Part shown: in pieces, positions 46,563-55,436 of the stretch
Position numbering within the stretch: the first letter of the stretch is position 1
How the letters are laid out: each line of letters opens with the position of its first letter
Assembly: GCA_020635995.1 (NCBI GenBank)
Contig: JACJYS010000001.1
Coordinates: 155,543 to 219,542, forward strand
DNA length: 64,000 nucleotides
Direction of reading: 5' to 3'
Origin: Chitinophagales bacterium
GTDB lineage: Bacteria > Bacteroidota > Bacteroidia > Chitinophagales > UBA8649
Notes under the pieces: generated by a model
What the model was told of the DNA's origin: nothing
Databases searched by the model: none
What the model saw: the letters and a program-made list of their open reading frames with translations, nothing else
Translations under genes and position numbers: made by a program

Positions 46563-47129
46563 TTAAATTTTTTCTACTTCTAAAATATTGTTGTCAACGG
46601 CTACTACTTTAACAATAGAAGAAGAAGCTATGGCTTCTCCCTTAGTTGTGGCAGGCAGTTCTCTTGTTGTTCCTTTAATGGATATTAAAACTTTCCCTTT
46701 CCCATTGTTATTTTCAGGGATATTCAAATAAACCTCTCCTGTTTTTCCTATCAGTTCATTTACTTTAAACGTGTTGTCTTCAGAGAGTTTTAGTATTTGT
46801 TTTATAAGAAAAAAGAAAGCTAACAGAAAAATAACACCAACAAAAAAAGCTAAAACAATTAATAAAGTCTTGTTTTGTATTTGATTATAAAAAGCTACTC
46901 CGGTCCACCCAAAACCAAGCAGAAAATTAATCATATTTCTTACAGAAAATAAAGAAAACGGAGCATCGGCACCGTCAGCATCTGCATCTATGTCAAAATC
47001 AACATCGTGGTGCAAATCACCCCCTAAAATGGTTAGTAATGTTTGAATTAAAAAAATGGCAGTAACGCCTATGGATACAACCCAAAAGCCTTGTAATAAG
47101 GTATCCATATTTTCAAAAAATGACAGCAT
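46563..47129 (-). CDS. NfeD/YqiJ-like membrane protein (flotillin partner)
   Basis: TM helices, an acidic loop DVDFDIDADADGADAP, and a C-terminal OB-like beta domain. It lies directly upstream of the flotillin gene, like yqiJ-yqiK. Confidence 0.6.
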   Translation of the reverse strand: MLSFFENMDTLLQGFWVVSIGVTAIFLIQTLLTILGGDLHHDVDFDIDADADGADAPFSLFSVRNMINFLLGFGWTGVAFYNQIQNKTLLIVLAFFVGVIFLLAFFFLIKQILKLSEDNTFKVNELIGKTGEVYLNIPENNNGKGKVLISIKGTTRELPATTKGEAIASSSIVKVVAVDNNILEVEKI

Positions 47130-47319
47130 AGGTGTTTAGTTATGTACAAATATATATATTTGGGCATACACTTAGCTAAATAAACGGGTAAAATTTAAGT
47201 AATGTTTATAAAAACTTTATTTGCTTCTGTTTTTCCCAATAATTTGTCAAAACTTATTCTTAGGGGGACTTTTTCCCCTTTGGGGGAAGTCATATAGGGC
47301 TTCTTTAGATATCCTTAAT

Positions 47320-47371
47320 ACCTATGTATAATAAAATTGGACTATTATATATTCCTAATCGGCATAAAATA
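47320..47371 (+). repeat. Partial copy of the 128-bp MITE-like element (one terminus)
   Basis: AATTGGACTATTATATATTCCTAATCGGCAT matches the 4290-4320 end of copy A with one mismatch. Confidence 0.5.
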
Positions 47372-47402
47372 AAGAAAAAGATAATATAGATGCCGACTTG
47401 CC

Positions 47403-48188
47403 TTAAAAATCCTTTTTCTTTAACTTGAAATGTAAACGCAATACGGGCAATATAACCCAAAGCGATAGCACTCCTAAGGAGATAAATAAGCCTAAGTTTG
47501 TACCAAAAAAGTCTTTAAAAACAGCTCCGGTAAATCCTAAAAGAGCAGAAATATCTAATTTTAATAAGATTAATATCCGCGATAAATCTATGGGGTTAAG
47601 CATCATGCCTATTAGCGAAAATTTCTCTAAAGGATAATCGCTGAAATAGAAAAGGAGCACTAAAAATAAGCCGTCATATACTACCGCAAAAATGAGCCAC
47701 ATTAAAATGGAAAAACTAAAACCCATTATTTTATTATCGTTAGATATGGCAATATTATACGCCAAGGAAACAAAAATAAAATTCAAGAAAGTACCCGTAG
47801 TAAGCAATAAAGCAAAATTTCCTGTAGCTTCGGCATTGTTAAACAAGCCATAAAATAAAAAAGGCACGCCTAAACCTATTACTAAGCTCAAACTTAAAGA
47901 AATGGCAACGCCTAAATACTGACCTATTATTATTTTGTTTCGGTTTATGGGTTGTGCTAAAAGTAACTCTGTAAACTCTTTAGAATTGTAATAATACATT
48001 ACACCAAAAATAGTGGCTATTAATGGCGTTAAAATTATAATGATATTCATTAAGGTAATAACCGCTTTTGAAACATCATTGTTTAAAAAAAGCAGTACAA
48101 ATCCCAAGACAAAGTAAAAGAAAAAGTACACATAGCTCCATCGGCTTCTTAATAAATCATTTAAGCTGTATCTTAATATTTTAAGCAT
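47403..48188 (-). CDS. nosY: NosY, ABC-2 type permease of the nos maturation transporter
   Basis: Six-TM ABC-2 permease, overlapping nosF by 8 nt, last gene of the nos operon. Confidence 0.8.
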   Translation of the reverse strand: MLKILRYSLNDLLRSRWSYVYFFFYFVLGFVLLFLNNDVSKAVITLMNIIIILTPLIATIFGVMYYYNSKEFTELLLAQPINRNKIIIGQYLGVAISLSLSLVIGLGVPFLFYGLFNNAEATGNFALLLTTGTFLNFIFVSLAYNIAISNDNKIMGFSFSILMWLIFAVVYDGLFLVLLFYFSDYPLEKFSLIGMMLNPIDLSRILILLKLDISALLGFTGAVFKDFFGTNLGLFISLGVLSLWVILPVLRLHFKLKKKDF

Positions 48189-48888
48189 TTTCTTGTATTA
48201 AAAGTTGAGCAATGGAATGTTCTAAACTGTCTGTACCTGTTGTGTCTTTTAGCTGGCTTATTGTTCCTTTAAAATGGATATTTCCATCTAATAAAAACAC
48301 TACATTATCGGCTATTTCTTCTACAAAACTCATAATATGCGATGTTACAAATATTGTTTTGCCTTTATCTTTTTGTTGTTGAATTATCTGTTTAAGTTTT
48401 ATTAATGAAACAGGGTCTAAACCGCTTGTAGGCTCATCTAAAATAATTAAATCGCCATCAAACATAAAAGTAAGTACTATGTTCACTTTTTGCTTAGTTC
48501 CTCCGGAAAGATGGCTGAGTTTCTTTTTCATAAAGCTCTGCAAACCAAGTGTTTCTATTAGTTCTTGCTCTTCTGCTTGTGTTCCTCTTACATTTTTTAC
48601 TATGTCTATAATTTCCTTAACCGTAAGGTTGGGCGGAAAATTGGCTATTTGAGGCAAGTATAAAATATCTTTCCGGTAATCCCACTTATTTATTATGCTT
48701 TTTCCTTTATATTCTATAGTGCCACTGTTGGGAATTACCATGCCTAAAATACACTTAATTAGTGTGGTTTTGCCGGAACCATTGGGTCCTAAAATAGCAT
48801 GTATTCCACCCCGACTTATCTCTAAATCAAGATTTTTAAGCACTTCAAGCTTGTCAAATTTTTTATTTAACTTTTTAATTGAAATCAT
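48181..48888 (-). CDS. nosF: NosF, ABC transporter ATP-binding protein
   Basis: Walker A GPNGSGKT, signature LSGGTKQK, Walker B LIILDEPT. Confidence 0.85.
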   Translation of the reverse strand: MISIKKLNKKFDKLEVLKNLDLEISRGGIHAILGPNGSGKTTLIKCILGMVIPNSGTIEYKGKSIINKWDYRKDILYLPQIANFPPNLTVKEIIDIVKNVRGTQAEEQELIETLGLQSFMKKKLSHLSGGTKQKVNIVLTFMFDGDLIILDEPTSGLDPVSLIKLKQIIQQQKDKGKTIFVTSHIMSFVEEIADNVVFLLDGNIHFKGTISQLKDTTGTDSLEHSIAQLLIQENA

Positions 48889-50116
48889 TAATAGGTTTTA
48901 ATCTTGGTTTTTCGTCAATTAAATTATCCGGGGTAAATATAGGCGAAACTTTCTCTGAAAAATTGATAATATCAATAAATAAACTTCTAAGCAACACTAA
49001 TGCTTCCGGAGATTCATTAACAACGTAAGAAAATAATTTAACGGGTCGGTAAGGAACATCGCCCATGCCGTTTTTATCTAAATCATAGCCTGAATACTCA
49101 CTCCAATAGTTATTTTCAAACAAATTATCATTTAGTTTAGAATTATAAGAAACATCTAAAGCATTGTGTAAGAAATCATTATTCTTAAAAATATTTAGGT
49201 AGCAAGCTCCTCTTACTTTTATAGCCCAGCCATTACTTCTAAAAATATTGTTATTGTAGTTTATTCTGGTTGAACCCTCTATATTAATACCTATGGTGTT
49301 TTCTTCAAAAGTGTTTTCATATATTTCGGCATCGTAAATTTCTTTTAGCAAAAGCCCATAAGAGGCTGTACCCCAGTTATAAATAAATTTATTGCGGTAC
49401 ATATTTATAAACTTTGAAAACATAACCGCCACACCTGCACCGTTATTTTTAAATGTATTGTGGTGGTATTCATCATGGTTTGAAAACATAAAATGCAAGC
49501 CGTATCTTATGTTATTATGGCTGTTATTGTTGTATATTTTGCTGTTTTCTACAAACTCAAAATAAATACCATCACGCATATTAAACACTTCATTATTGTA
49601 TATTTCAAGTTCTGAGCAGTGCCATGCATGAATGCCGTTTCCAGAGCTTGCTTCGTCTTTTATATTGCTGGAAACATTATTGTTTCTTATTATGCCTTTT
49701 TTAGATTTTTCTATCATTATTCCAAAAAAAACATTTTGAATGGTAACATTTTCTACTATAAAATTTTCGCTGTTATTTATTTTAATAGCGGCATTATCTT
49801 TTATATAGCTTACCGCTACATTTTGAATTTCTATATTTTTTAAAGAGAAATTTTGTGTGTTTACTATTATAACGCCCGACATGTTTTTGCCGTCTATAAT
49901 AGTGCCTTTTTCGCCAGAAATTTTTACCGATTTATCTATTAGCAAATCACTTTCATAATAAGTGCCTTTTTGCATAAAAATAGAGTCGCCACTTTCTGCA
50001 AGTGCTATGGCATCTCCTAATGTTTTTACTTCACAAGTAGCACACGTTTTTATGGTTTTAGCAAAAACGAATGAGGTAAAAAGTAAAGACAGTATTAAAA
50101 AAGCTGTTTTTTTCAT
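48875..50116 (-). CDS. nosD: NosD, periplasmic right-handed beta-helix copper-maturation protein
   Basis: Signal peptide; repeated Asn-rich beta-helix (PbH1) turns; position between nosL and nosF. Confidence 0.85.
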   Translation of the reverse strand: MKKTAFLILSLLFTSFVFAKTIKTCATCEVKTLGDAIALAESGDSIFMQKGTYYESDLLIDKSVKISGEKGTIIDGKNMSGVIIVNTQNFSLKNIEIQNVAVSYIKDNAAIKINNSENFIVENVTIQNVFFGIMIEKSKKGIIRNNNVSSNIKDEASSGNGIHAWHCSELEIYNNEVFNMRDGIYFEFVENSKIYNNNSHNNIRYGLHFMFSNHDEYHHNTFKNNGAGVAVMFSKFINMYRNKFIYNWGTASYGLLLKEIYDAEIYENTFEENTIGINIEGSTRINYNNNIFRSNGWAIKVRGACYLNIFKNNDFLHNALDVSYNSKLNDNLFENNYWSEYSGYDLDKNGMGDVPYRPVKLFSYVVNESPEALVLLRSLFIDIINFSEKVSPIFTPDNLIDEKPRLKPINDFN

Positions 50117-50565
50117 TACTTTTTTAAACGCATCTTTTCGTTAATAGTTTCCCAGTTGTAAATTTCTCCTCCGTTTTCCTGCTGAGTAGCTTGAGCCGCT
50201 TCTATATTTTTAAAAGCAGACAAATTAGCTCCCATAGGACTTGGAATGTTTTTACTTATTAAAAAATGAGCCTCTTTAGCCTGTGTCATAGTGCCTGGGT
50301 TGTTATAATCAGTTACTAATATAAAGGCTAATTCTGTATTTGCCAACTCTTCATCATGAATATGGTGTATTAAACACTCTACAGCATCGTATTTGTATTG
50401 TTTTCCCTTGCTGGTTACCACCTGCGAAGCATGAGTTTTATCTACAATATTCATTGAACAATAAGCACATTGGTCACTACCATATCTTATTTCTTCGGGC
50501 GATACGCTACAAGATATTAAAAACAACAAGTAGCAAAATACTATAACAATAAAAGGTTTTTTCAT
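50116..50565 (-). CDS. nosL: NosL copper-chaperone lipoprotein
   Basis: Lipobox LISC; C.YC.M motif (CAYCSMNI); the TAATG stop/start overlaps nosD. Confidence 0.8.
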   Translation of the reverse strand: MKKPFIVIVFCYLLFLISCSVSPEEIRYGSDQCAYCSMNIVDKTHASQVVTSKGKQYKYDAVECLIHHIHDEELANTELAFILVTDYNNPGTMTQAKEAHFLISKNIPSPMGANLSAFKNIEAAQATQQENGGEIYNWETINEKMRLKK

Positions 50566-50570
50566 TTAAA

Positions 50571-51161
50571 CTATTCTTTTTTGGCTTCTTTCATTCCTAC
50601 AAAAAAAGCGACTAAAGATAAACCCATTCCGCCAAATAAAGCTATTGCTCCACTACGAGGGTATGAGTGTGCCACAAAGTTAAGAATTGTTTTGGTGCCT
50701 ATTAATGGTGGCTGATATGCCATAGGTGTGCCATCATCATTAGTAAATTTTATAGCTGCTGTTTCTTTTAAATTGTGTCCGTAATTATACTCCCACTTAT
50801 AAAAATCATACATGCCTGCTGTTCCAAACAAACTCATTACTATAAACCAAAGCAAAAATAGTTTGTGCTTGCCTACAATGCCAATTATTATACCTAATAA
50901 TGCCATTGTCCCAATAACCACAGGAAATATTTTAAACTCTAACATATCGGTAGGTATGTCTTTCATGCCTACATAGTGGTTCATTAGGTTTATGTTTTGA
51001 ATATCGTTAGGGTTGGCGTCCGCTATCTTATTAATATGTATATTCATACCAATAGGTTCCGGATATTGAGGGGCTTCTAAAGTAATGTTCCAAAGTGGGA
51101 GAACAAACAAAGCTAAGAGCAATGCAGCTCCTACTATCATAATAATTTTTGACAGTTTCAT
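50571..51161 (-). CDS. nos-cluster integral membrane protein (NosB-like)
   Basis: Four to five TM segments, in the position directly after nosZ that clade II clusters use. The name is inferred from context only. Confidence 0.5.
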   Translation of the reverse strand: MKLSKIIMIVGAALLLALFVLPLWNITLEAPQYPEPIGMNIHINKIADANPNDIQNINLMNHYVGMKDIPTDMLEFKIFPVVIGTMALLGIIIGIVGKHKLFLLWFIVMSLFGTAGMYDFYKWEYNYGHNLKETAAIKFTNDDGTPMAYQPPLIGTKTILNFVAHSYPRSGAIALFGGMGLSLVAFFVGMKEAKKE

Positions 51162-51233
51162 GATTTTATAATTTTTAAAAGAAAAAAATGTAAGGGGCTG
51201 TATTCACAAAGCCAGCCCCTTACGGGTTACCAC

Positions 51234-53216
51234 TTATTCTGCGTCTGTAGGATCGCCATCTAAGGTATAAGATATTGGAACGCTAGATCCTTTTGCTGAA
51301 ACCCTAACATAACCCTGCATTTCTTGGTGTAATGCAGAGCAGAAGTCTGTACAGTAGAATGGCCATACACCTTCTTGTTTTGGTTCCCAAACAAAAGTTT
51401 CTGTTTGTCCAGGCATAATTAATAGTTCTGAAGTATTAGCACCTATCATTGAAATACCGTGAGGTACATCAAAGTCTTGCTCTAAGTTAGTAACGTGGAA
51501 ATATACTTTATCTCCCACTTGTACTCCTTCAATATTATCCGGTGCAAAGTGCGAACGTATCATTGTCATATAAATATGTACTACATTTCCTTCTCTTACT
51601 ACTTTAGCTTCAGACTCACTTGTAGCAGCATATTTGTGTTTGTTTTCATCTAACTTAAATATTTTGGCACTTCTATCTTTTATTAAATCGGCAGGACAAC
51701 CAGCAGCGTAGTGAGGTTCACCTACTGTAGGGAAATCTGAAAGTAATTCCATTTTATCGCCACTAATATCATATAATTGAGCTGATTGTGTTAACTCAGG
51801 ACCTGTAGGTAAGTATCTATCTTTAGTTATTTTATTCATAGCTACTAAGTATTTGCCAGTTGGTTTTCTAGAGTTTCCACCTGGTATCATTAAGTGTCCT
51901 ACTGAGTAGTATGTTGGTTTTCTGTCTATTACTTCCCAAGTTCCTAATTTCCATTTTACTACTTCAGAAGAAATAAAGAATGTAGTATAAGCATTTCCTT
52001 TATCGTCAAACTCTGTATGTAATGGACCTAAGCCTGGTTGTTTTACTACGCCTGCCACTACATCTTCATAATTTAAGATTGGAATACCATAAGCTTCTCC
52101 GGCAAATTTTTTGCCTTCTATAGCTTCTTGCATTCTAGTGAAAGAGTGTACTGTAAGGTCGGCAGATAATTTTCCGTTTCCTACTATATATTCTCCCGAT
52201 GGATCAACATCACAACCGTGAGGTGATTTTGGTGTAGGTAAGAAATAAACTGCTCCCGGTACTTCTGTTGGGTCAACTACTAAAACTTCATTCATCATTG
52301 TAGAAGTAGCAGTATGTGTTTCATCGCTATAAACGTTATGTGCATATTTAGCCGGCATTTTTTTGCCACCGCCATTATTTACATATTCTTCAATTTTTTT
52401 CCAGTTAACTGCTGCTATATAATCTTTATCGTTTTGCGAAGCATTAACTTCTAATAATGAATTAGCTTCTTCTGTATTGTAGGTAGTAAAGAAAAACCAA
52501 CCATGAGATTTTCCTCTTCCCGGGTGAGATAAGTCATAGTCAAACCCAGGCATTATTAACTGAAATTTAATACCCATGTGTCCTGTTTCTTGATCTACAG
52601 AAATAAAACTAAGTGCTCCTTTAAAGTTTGATTTGTATTCTGAAATAGGCATATCTTTTTGCGGAATAGGAACAGAAAAACGAGTACCTGCTACTACGTA
52701 TTCTGTGTTTTCAGTAACGAAAGATGAACTGTGGTTACCGGCACTATTTGGTACTTCTATAATTTCTTCTGTTTCAAAAGTAGATAAGCTAATTCTTGCT
52801 ATTCTTGGTGTGTTGTTTCCGTTAATAAACACCCATCTTCCGTCTAACTCTCCATTAGTTTGAGAAATGTCCGGGTGGTGGGAATCATCCCAAGGCACAA
52901 AACCATAAGATGTGTTTAACATTGGTTTTGTTTCTTCGTTAAAACCATAAGCTTTTTCTGCATCTACAGAAAAAACAGGAATAACTTTAAATAATCTTGC
53001 AGACGGTAAGCCATATACAGCTAACTGACCGCTGAAACCACCCGAAACAAAGGCATAGTATTCATCATGCTCTCCGGGTGCTACATATACTTTTTCAGCA
53101 GCATTGCCCGATAATGCACCACTTTTACTGTCTTTTTTCTTTGAACTTGTGTTGCCACAGCTTGCTAAAACAAGCACCGCAACAAGCGTGTAAATAATAT
53201 TTTTAATTGTTTTCAT
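51234..53216 (-). CDS. nosZ: Sec-dependent (clade II) nitrous-oxide reductase NosZ
   Basis: CuA site CTDFCSALHQEM and CuZ histidines (DDSHHPD). The signal peptide has no twin-arginine motif and ends in the lipobox LASC. Confidence 0.92.
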   Translation of the reverse strand: MKTIKNIIYTLVAVLVLASCGNTSSKKKDSKSGALSGNAAEKVYVAPGEHDEYYAFVSGGFSGQLAVYGLPSARLFKVIPVFSVDAEKAYGFNEETKPMLNTSYGFVPWDDSHHPDISQTNGELDGRWVFINGNNTPRIARISLSTFETEEIIEVPNSAGNHSSSFVTENTEYVVAGTRFSVPIPQKDMPISEYKSNFKGALSFISVDQETGHMGIKFQLIMPGFDYDLSHPGRGKSHGWFFFTTYNTEEANSLLEVNASQNDKDYIAAVNWKKIEEYVNNGGGKKMPAKYAHNVYSDETHTATSTMMNEVLVVDPTEVPGAVYFLPTPKSPHGCDVDPSGEYIVGNGKLSADLTVHSFTRMQEAIEGKKFAGEAYGIPILNYEDVVAGVVKQPGLGPLHTEFDDKGNAYTTFFISSEVVKWKLGTWEVIDRKPTYYSVGHLMIPGGNSRKPTGKYLVAMNKITKDRYLPTGPELTQSAQLYDISGDKMELLSDFPTVGEPHYAAGCPADLIKDRSAKIFKLDENKHKYAATSESEAKVVREGNVVHIYMTMIRSHFAPDNIEGVQVGDKVYFHVTNLEQDFDVPHGISMIGANTSELLIMPGQTETFVWEPKQEGVWPFYCTDFCSALHQEMQGYVRVSAKGSSVPISYTLDGDPTDAE

Positions 53217-53240
53217 ATTTTTTTAATTGTTTTAATGTTT

Positions 53241-53723
53241 TTATTGTTTGTTGTCTTCTGACCTAAAATATTCTAAAATTTTTCTAGCATCTTCTTCACT
53301 CACATTTTGGTTAGCCATAGGAGAAAGGTATTCAGCCAATAAATCTTTAGCTAATTTATTTTTTTCTACCATTTCTTCTGGATTCATAATCATGTTCATT
53401 ATCCATTCTGGTGTTCTTCTTTCTGTAACGCCTAATAATGCTGGACCCACAAAACGTTTTTCTATTTTATGGCATGCAGAGCAAAGTGTTTTAAATGTTT
53501 CTTTACCTTCGGCAGCCATTGTTTCGTCTATTTCGCCTAATTCTACACTGCTTATTGGCCCTATTCCTTTGTCTTGCATTGGATCTACTTCGGCAGTAGT
53601 TTCTTCTGCTGGTGTAGATTCCACTCGTTCTACTTCAACATTTTCACTATTACTGCTTGAATCGCTTGAACAACTGTAAATAGCAAATATTGCCATTAAT
53701 AAAATTCCTATTGATTTTTTCAT
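53241..53723 (-). CDS. Mono-haem c-type cytochrome lipoprotein (nos-associated, NosC-like)
   Basis: CSACH haem motif, distal SPMANQ Met, lipobox IYSC. It lies immediately upstream of nosZ. Confidence 0.8.
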   Translation of the reverse strand: MKKSIGILLMAIFAIYSCSSDSSSNSENVEVERVESTPAEETTAEVDPMQDKGIGPISSVELGEIDETMAAEGKETFKTLCSACHKIEKRFVGPALLGVTERRTPEWIMNMIMNPEEMVEKNKLAKDLLAEYLSPMANQNVSEEDARKILEYFRSEDNKQ

Positions 53724-53773
53724 TTGTTTTCTTTTAAATTGATTAATGTTTTTTGTTTTAAAATTTATCTTTT

Positions 53774-54355
53774 TTATTCTGCTGGTACAATTACGTTATC
53801 TATAACATGCACCCAACCATTGCTAACTTTTACAGATTTTAAAATTTCAAATCCACCAACGGTTATTTTGCCGTCATTATCTACCACATCTAAATACTGC
53901 CCAGATGCCATATATAGCTTTCTGCCTTTTTTAGCTTCTTTTTGAAGTTGCTCAATAGGATAATTAGCCGGGGCAACATGATTGGTAAGAATGTAAGCCA
54001 ATTTTGCTTTGTTTTCTGGTTTTAACAATTCTTGAACAGTTCCTTCCGGAAGCTTGTCAAAAGCTGAATTTAATGGAGCAAAAACCGTTAATGGTCCGGC
54101 ATTAACTAAAGCGTCTGCTACGCCTGCCGCATCTACTGCCGCTACTAAAGTTGAAAAATCGTCTAATGACTGTGCTAACTGCAAAGCATTAGGGTCAGAA
54201 ACTTCATCAACCACGCCCGACTGTCCGTGAGATTCCGTTTCAGTAGTTGCACTATTAGACACTACACTTTCTTCTTGTGTGGTGCTTTCAGTAGAACTGT
54301 TGCAGGAAAAAAGAGCCACTACGGCTACTAATAAAATGAGATTTAATTTGTTCAT
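53774..54355 (-). CDS. Fasciclin (FAS1) domain lipoprotein
   Basis: TVFAPLNSAFDKLP and NGWVHVIDNVIVP FAS1 motifs; lipobox LFSC. Confidence 0.85.
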   Translation of the reverse strand: MNKLNLILLVAVVALFSCNSSTESTTQEESVVSNSATTETESHGQSGVVDEVSDPNALQLAQSLDDFSTLVAAVDAAGVADALVNAGPLTVFAPLNSAFDKLPEGTVQELLKPENKAKLAYILTNHVAPANYPIEQLQKEAKKGRKLYMASGQYLDVVDNDGKITVGGFEILKSVKVSNGWVHVIDNVIVPAE

Positions 54356-54400
54356 AACTATTTCGTTTTGTTTTAATTATAGGGCAAAGTTACAACCCAA

Positions 54401-54414
54401 ATGATTTATATCAT
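54401..54414. promoter_or_regulatory. CRP/FNR-type palindrome candidate ATGAT-N4-ATCAT
   Basis: ATGATTTATATCAT contains the TGAT-N4-ATCA core of the FNR/DNR box. It is centred about 52 nt upstream of the fasciclin ATG at the head of the nos gene string. Confidence 0.3.
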
Positions 54415-54544
54415 AGGATTTATGTCATTATTTAAGATGATTTTGTCCTTTTTTTTGAAATTTATTTTCCATTAGGGTTATCTATACTTTATAATTATAG
54501 TATTAGCTATGATTTATTTAATTTATTACTTTTGCAAAAGTAGC

Positions 54545-55306
54545 ATGAAACAAGAACAAAACAATAGTTCAATTGAAGAATATAAAATAGTTCTTCCTCA
54601 GTTTGAAGGGCCATTTGACTTATTGCTTTTTTTTATAGAAAGAGATGAGTTAGATATTTATGATATTCCTATAGCTCAAATAACGGACAATTTTTTGAAC
54701 TATATTCATCAGCTTAATCAATTAAATATTGAAGTTGCCAGCGAATTTATTTTGGTGGCAGCTACTTTGATGAAAATTAAATCTAAAACTTTAATTCCAA
54801 GAAAAGAACTGGACGAAGATGGCAACGAAATAGACCCACGAGAAGAATTAGTACAAAGGCTTTTAGAATACAAAAAATATAAAGAGGTAATAGAGCAACT
54901 TAGGGAAATGGAAGCCGACCGACTGCTTAAAAACAAACGTGGCGGTAGTGGCAAAGAAATGCAAAAAATAGCAGAACTGTTTTCTACAGAAGCAGAACTT
55001 GAAAATTTAGAACTATACCAACTGCTTAAAGCATTTAAACGTGTAATGAATAAACTACACGAAAGGGAAAGCAAGCCCGTGCATACGGTAGTGAAATACA
55101 ATTATACCATAAGAAACCAAAAAAACTATCTATTAGAAGCCGTAGCAAAACAACCCAAACTTGCTTTTGAAGATGCTTTTCTTCAATTAGAAAACAGAGT
55201 GCAGGCTGTTTTTACTTTTTTGGCCATGTTAGAACTTATTCAAGAAAAATTTTTAAAAATAAGCTCCGGTGTAGGTATTAATAATTTTTGGTTAAGCAAG
55301 GGTTAG
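54545..55306 (+). CDS. scpA: Segregation and condensation protein A
   Basis: LPQFEGPFDLLLFFIERDELDIYDIPIAQIT N-terminal motif. I chose the ATG at 54545. Confidence 0.85.
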   Translation: MKQEQNNSSIEEYKIVLPQFEGPFDLLLFFIERDELDIYDIPIAQITDNFLNYIHQLNQLNIEVASEFILVAATLMKIKSKTLIPRKELDEDGNEIDPREELVQRLLEYKKYKEVIEQLREMEADRLLKNKRGGSGKEMQKIAELFSTEAELENLELYQLLKAFKRVMNKLHERESKPVHTVVKYNYTIRNQKNYLLEAVAKQPKLAFEDAFLQLENRVQAVFTFLAMLELIQEKFLKISSGVGINNFWLSKG

Positions 55307-55308
55307 TT

Positions 55309-55436
55309 ATACCGATTAGGAATATATAATAGTCCAATTTCAGCTTCGCTTTATTGTGCTAAATATATTGCTCTATCGGCATTTACCATTGTAAAACACA
55401 AAATAGTCTAATCTATTTTGTGTTAACAATTGGTAT
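55309..55436 (-). repeat. 128-bp MITE-like intergenic element, copy B
   Basis: Reverse-complement match to 4193-4320. It exactly fills the gap between the scpA stop (55306) and the pspC-domain gene stop (55436-55438). Its hairpin is at 55395-55424. Confidence 0.8.
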
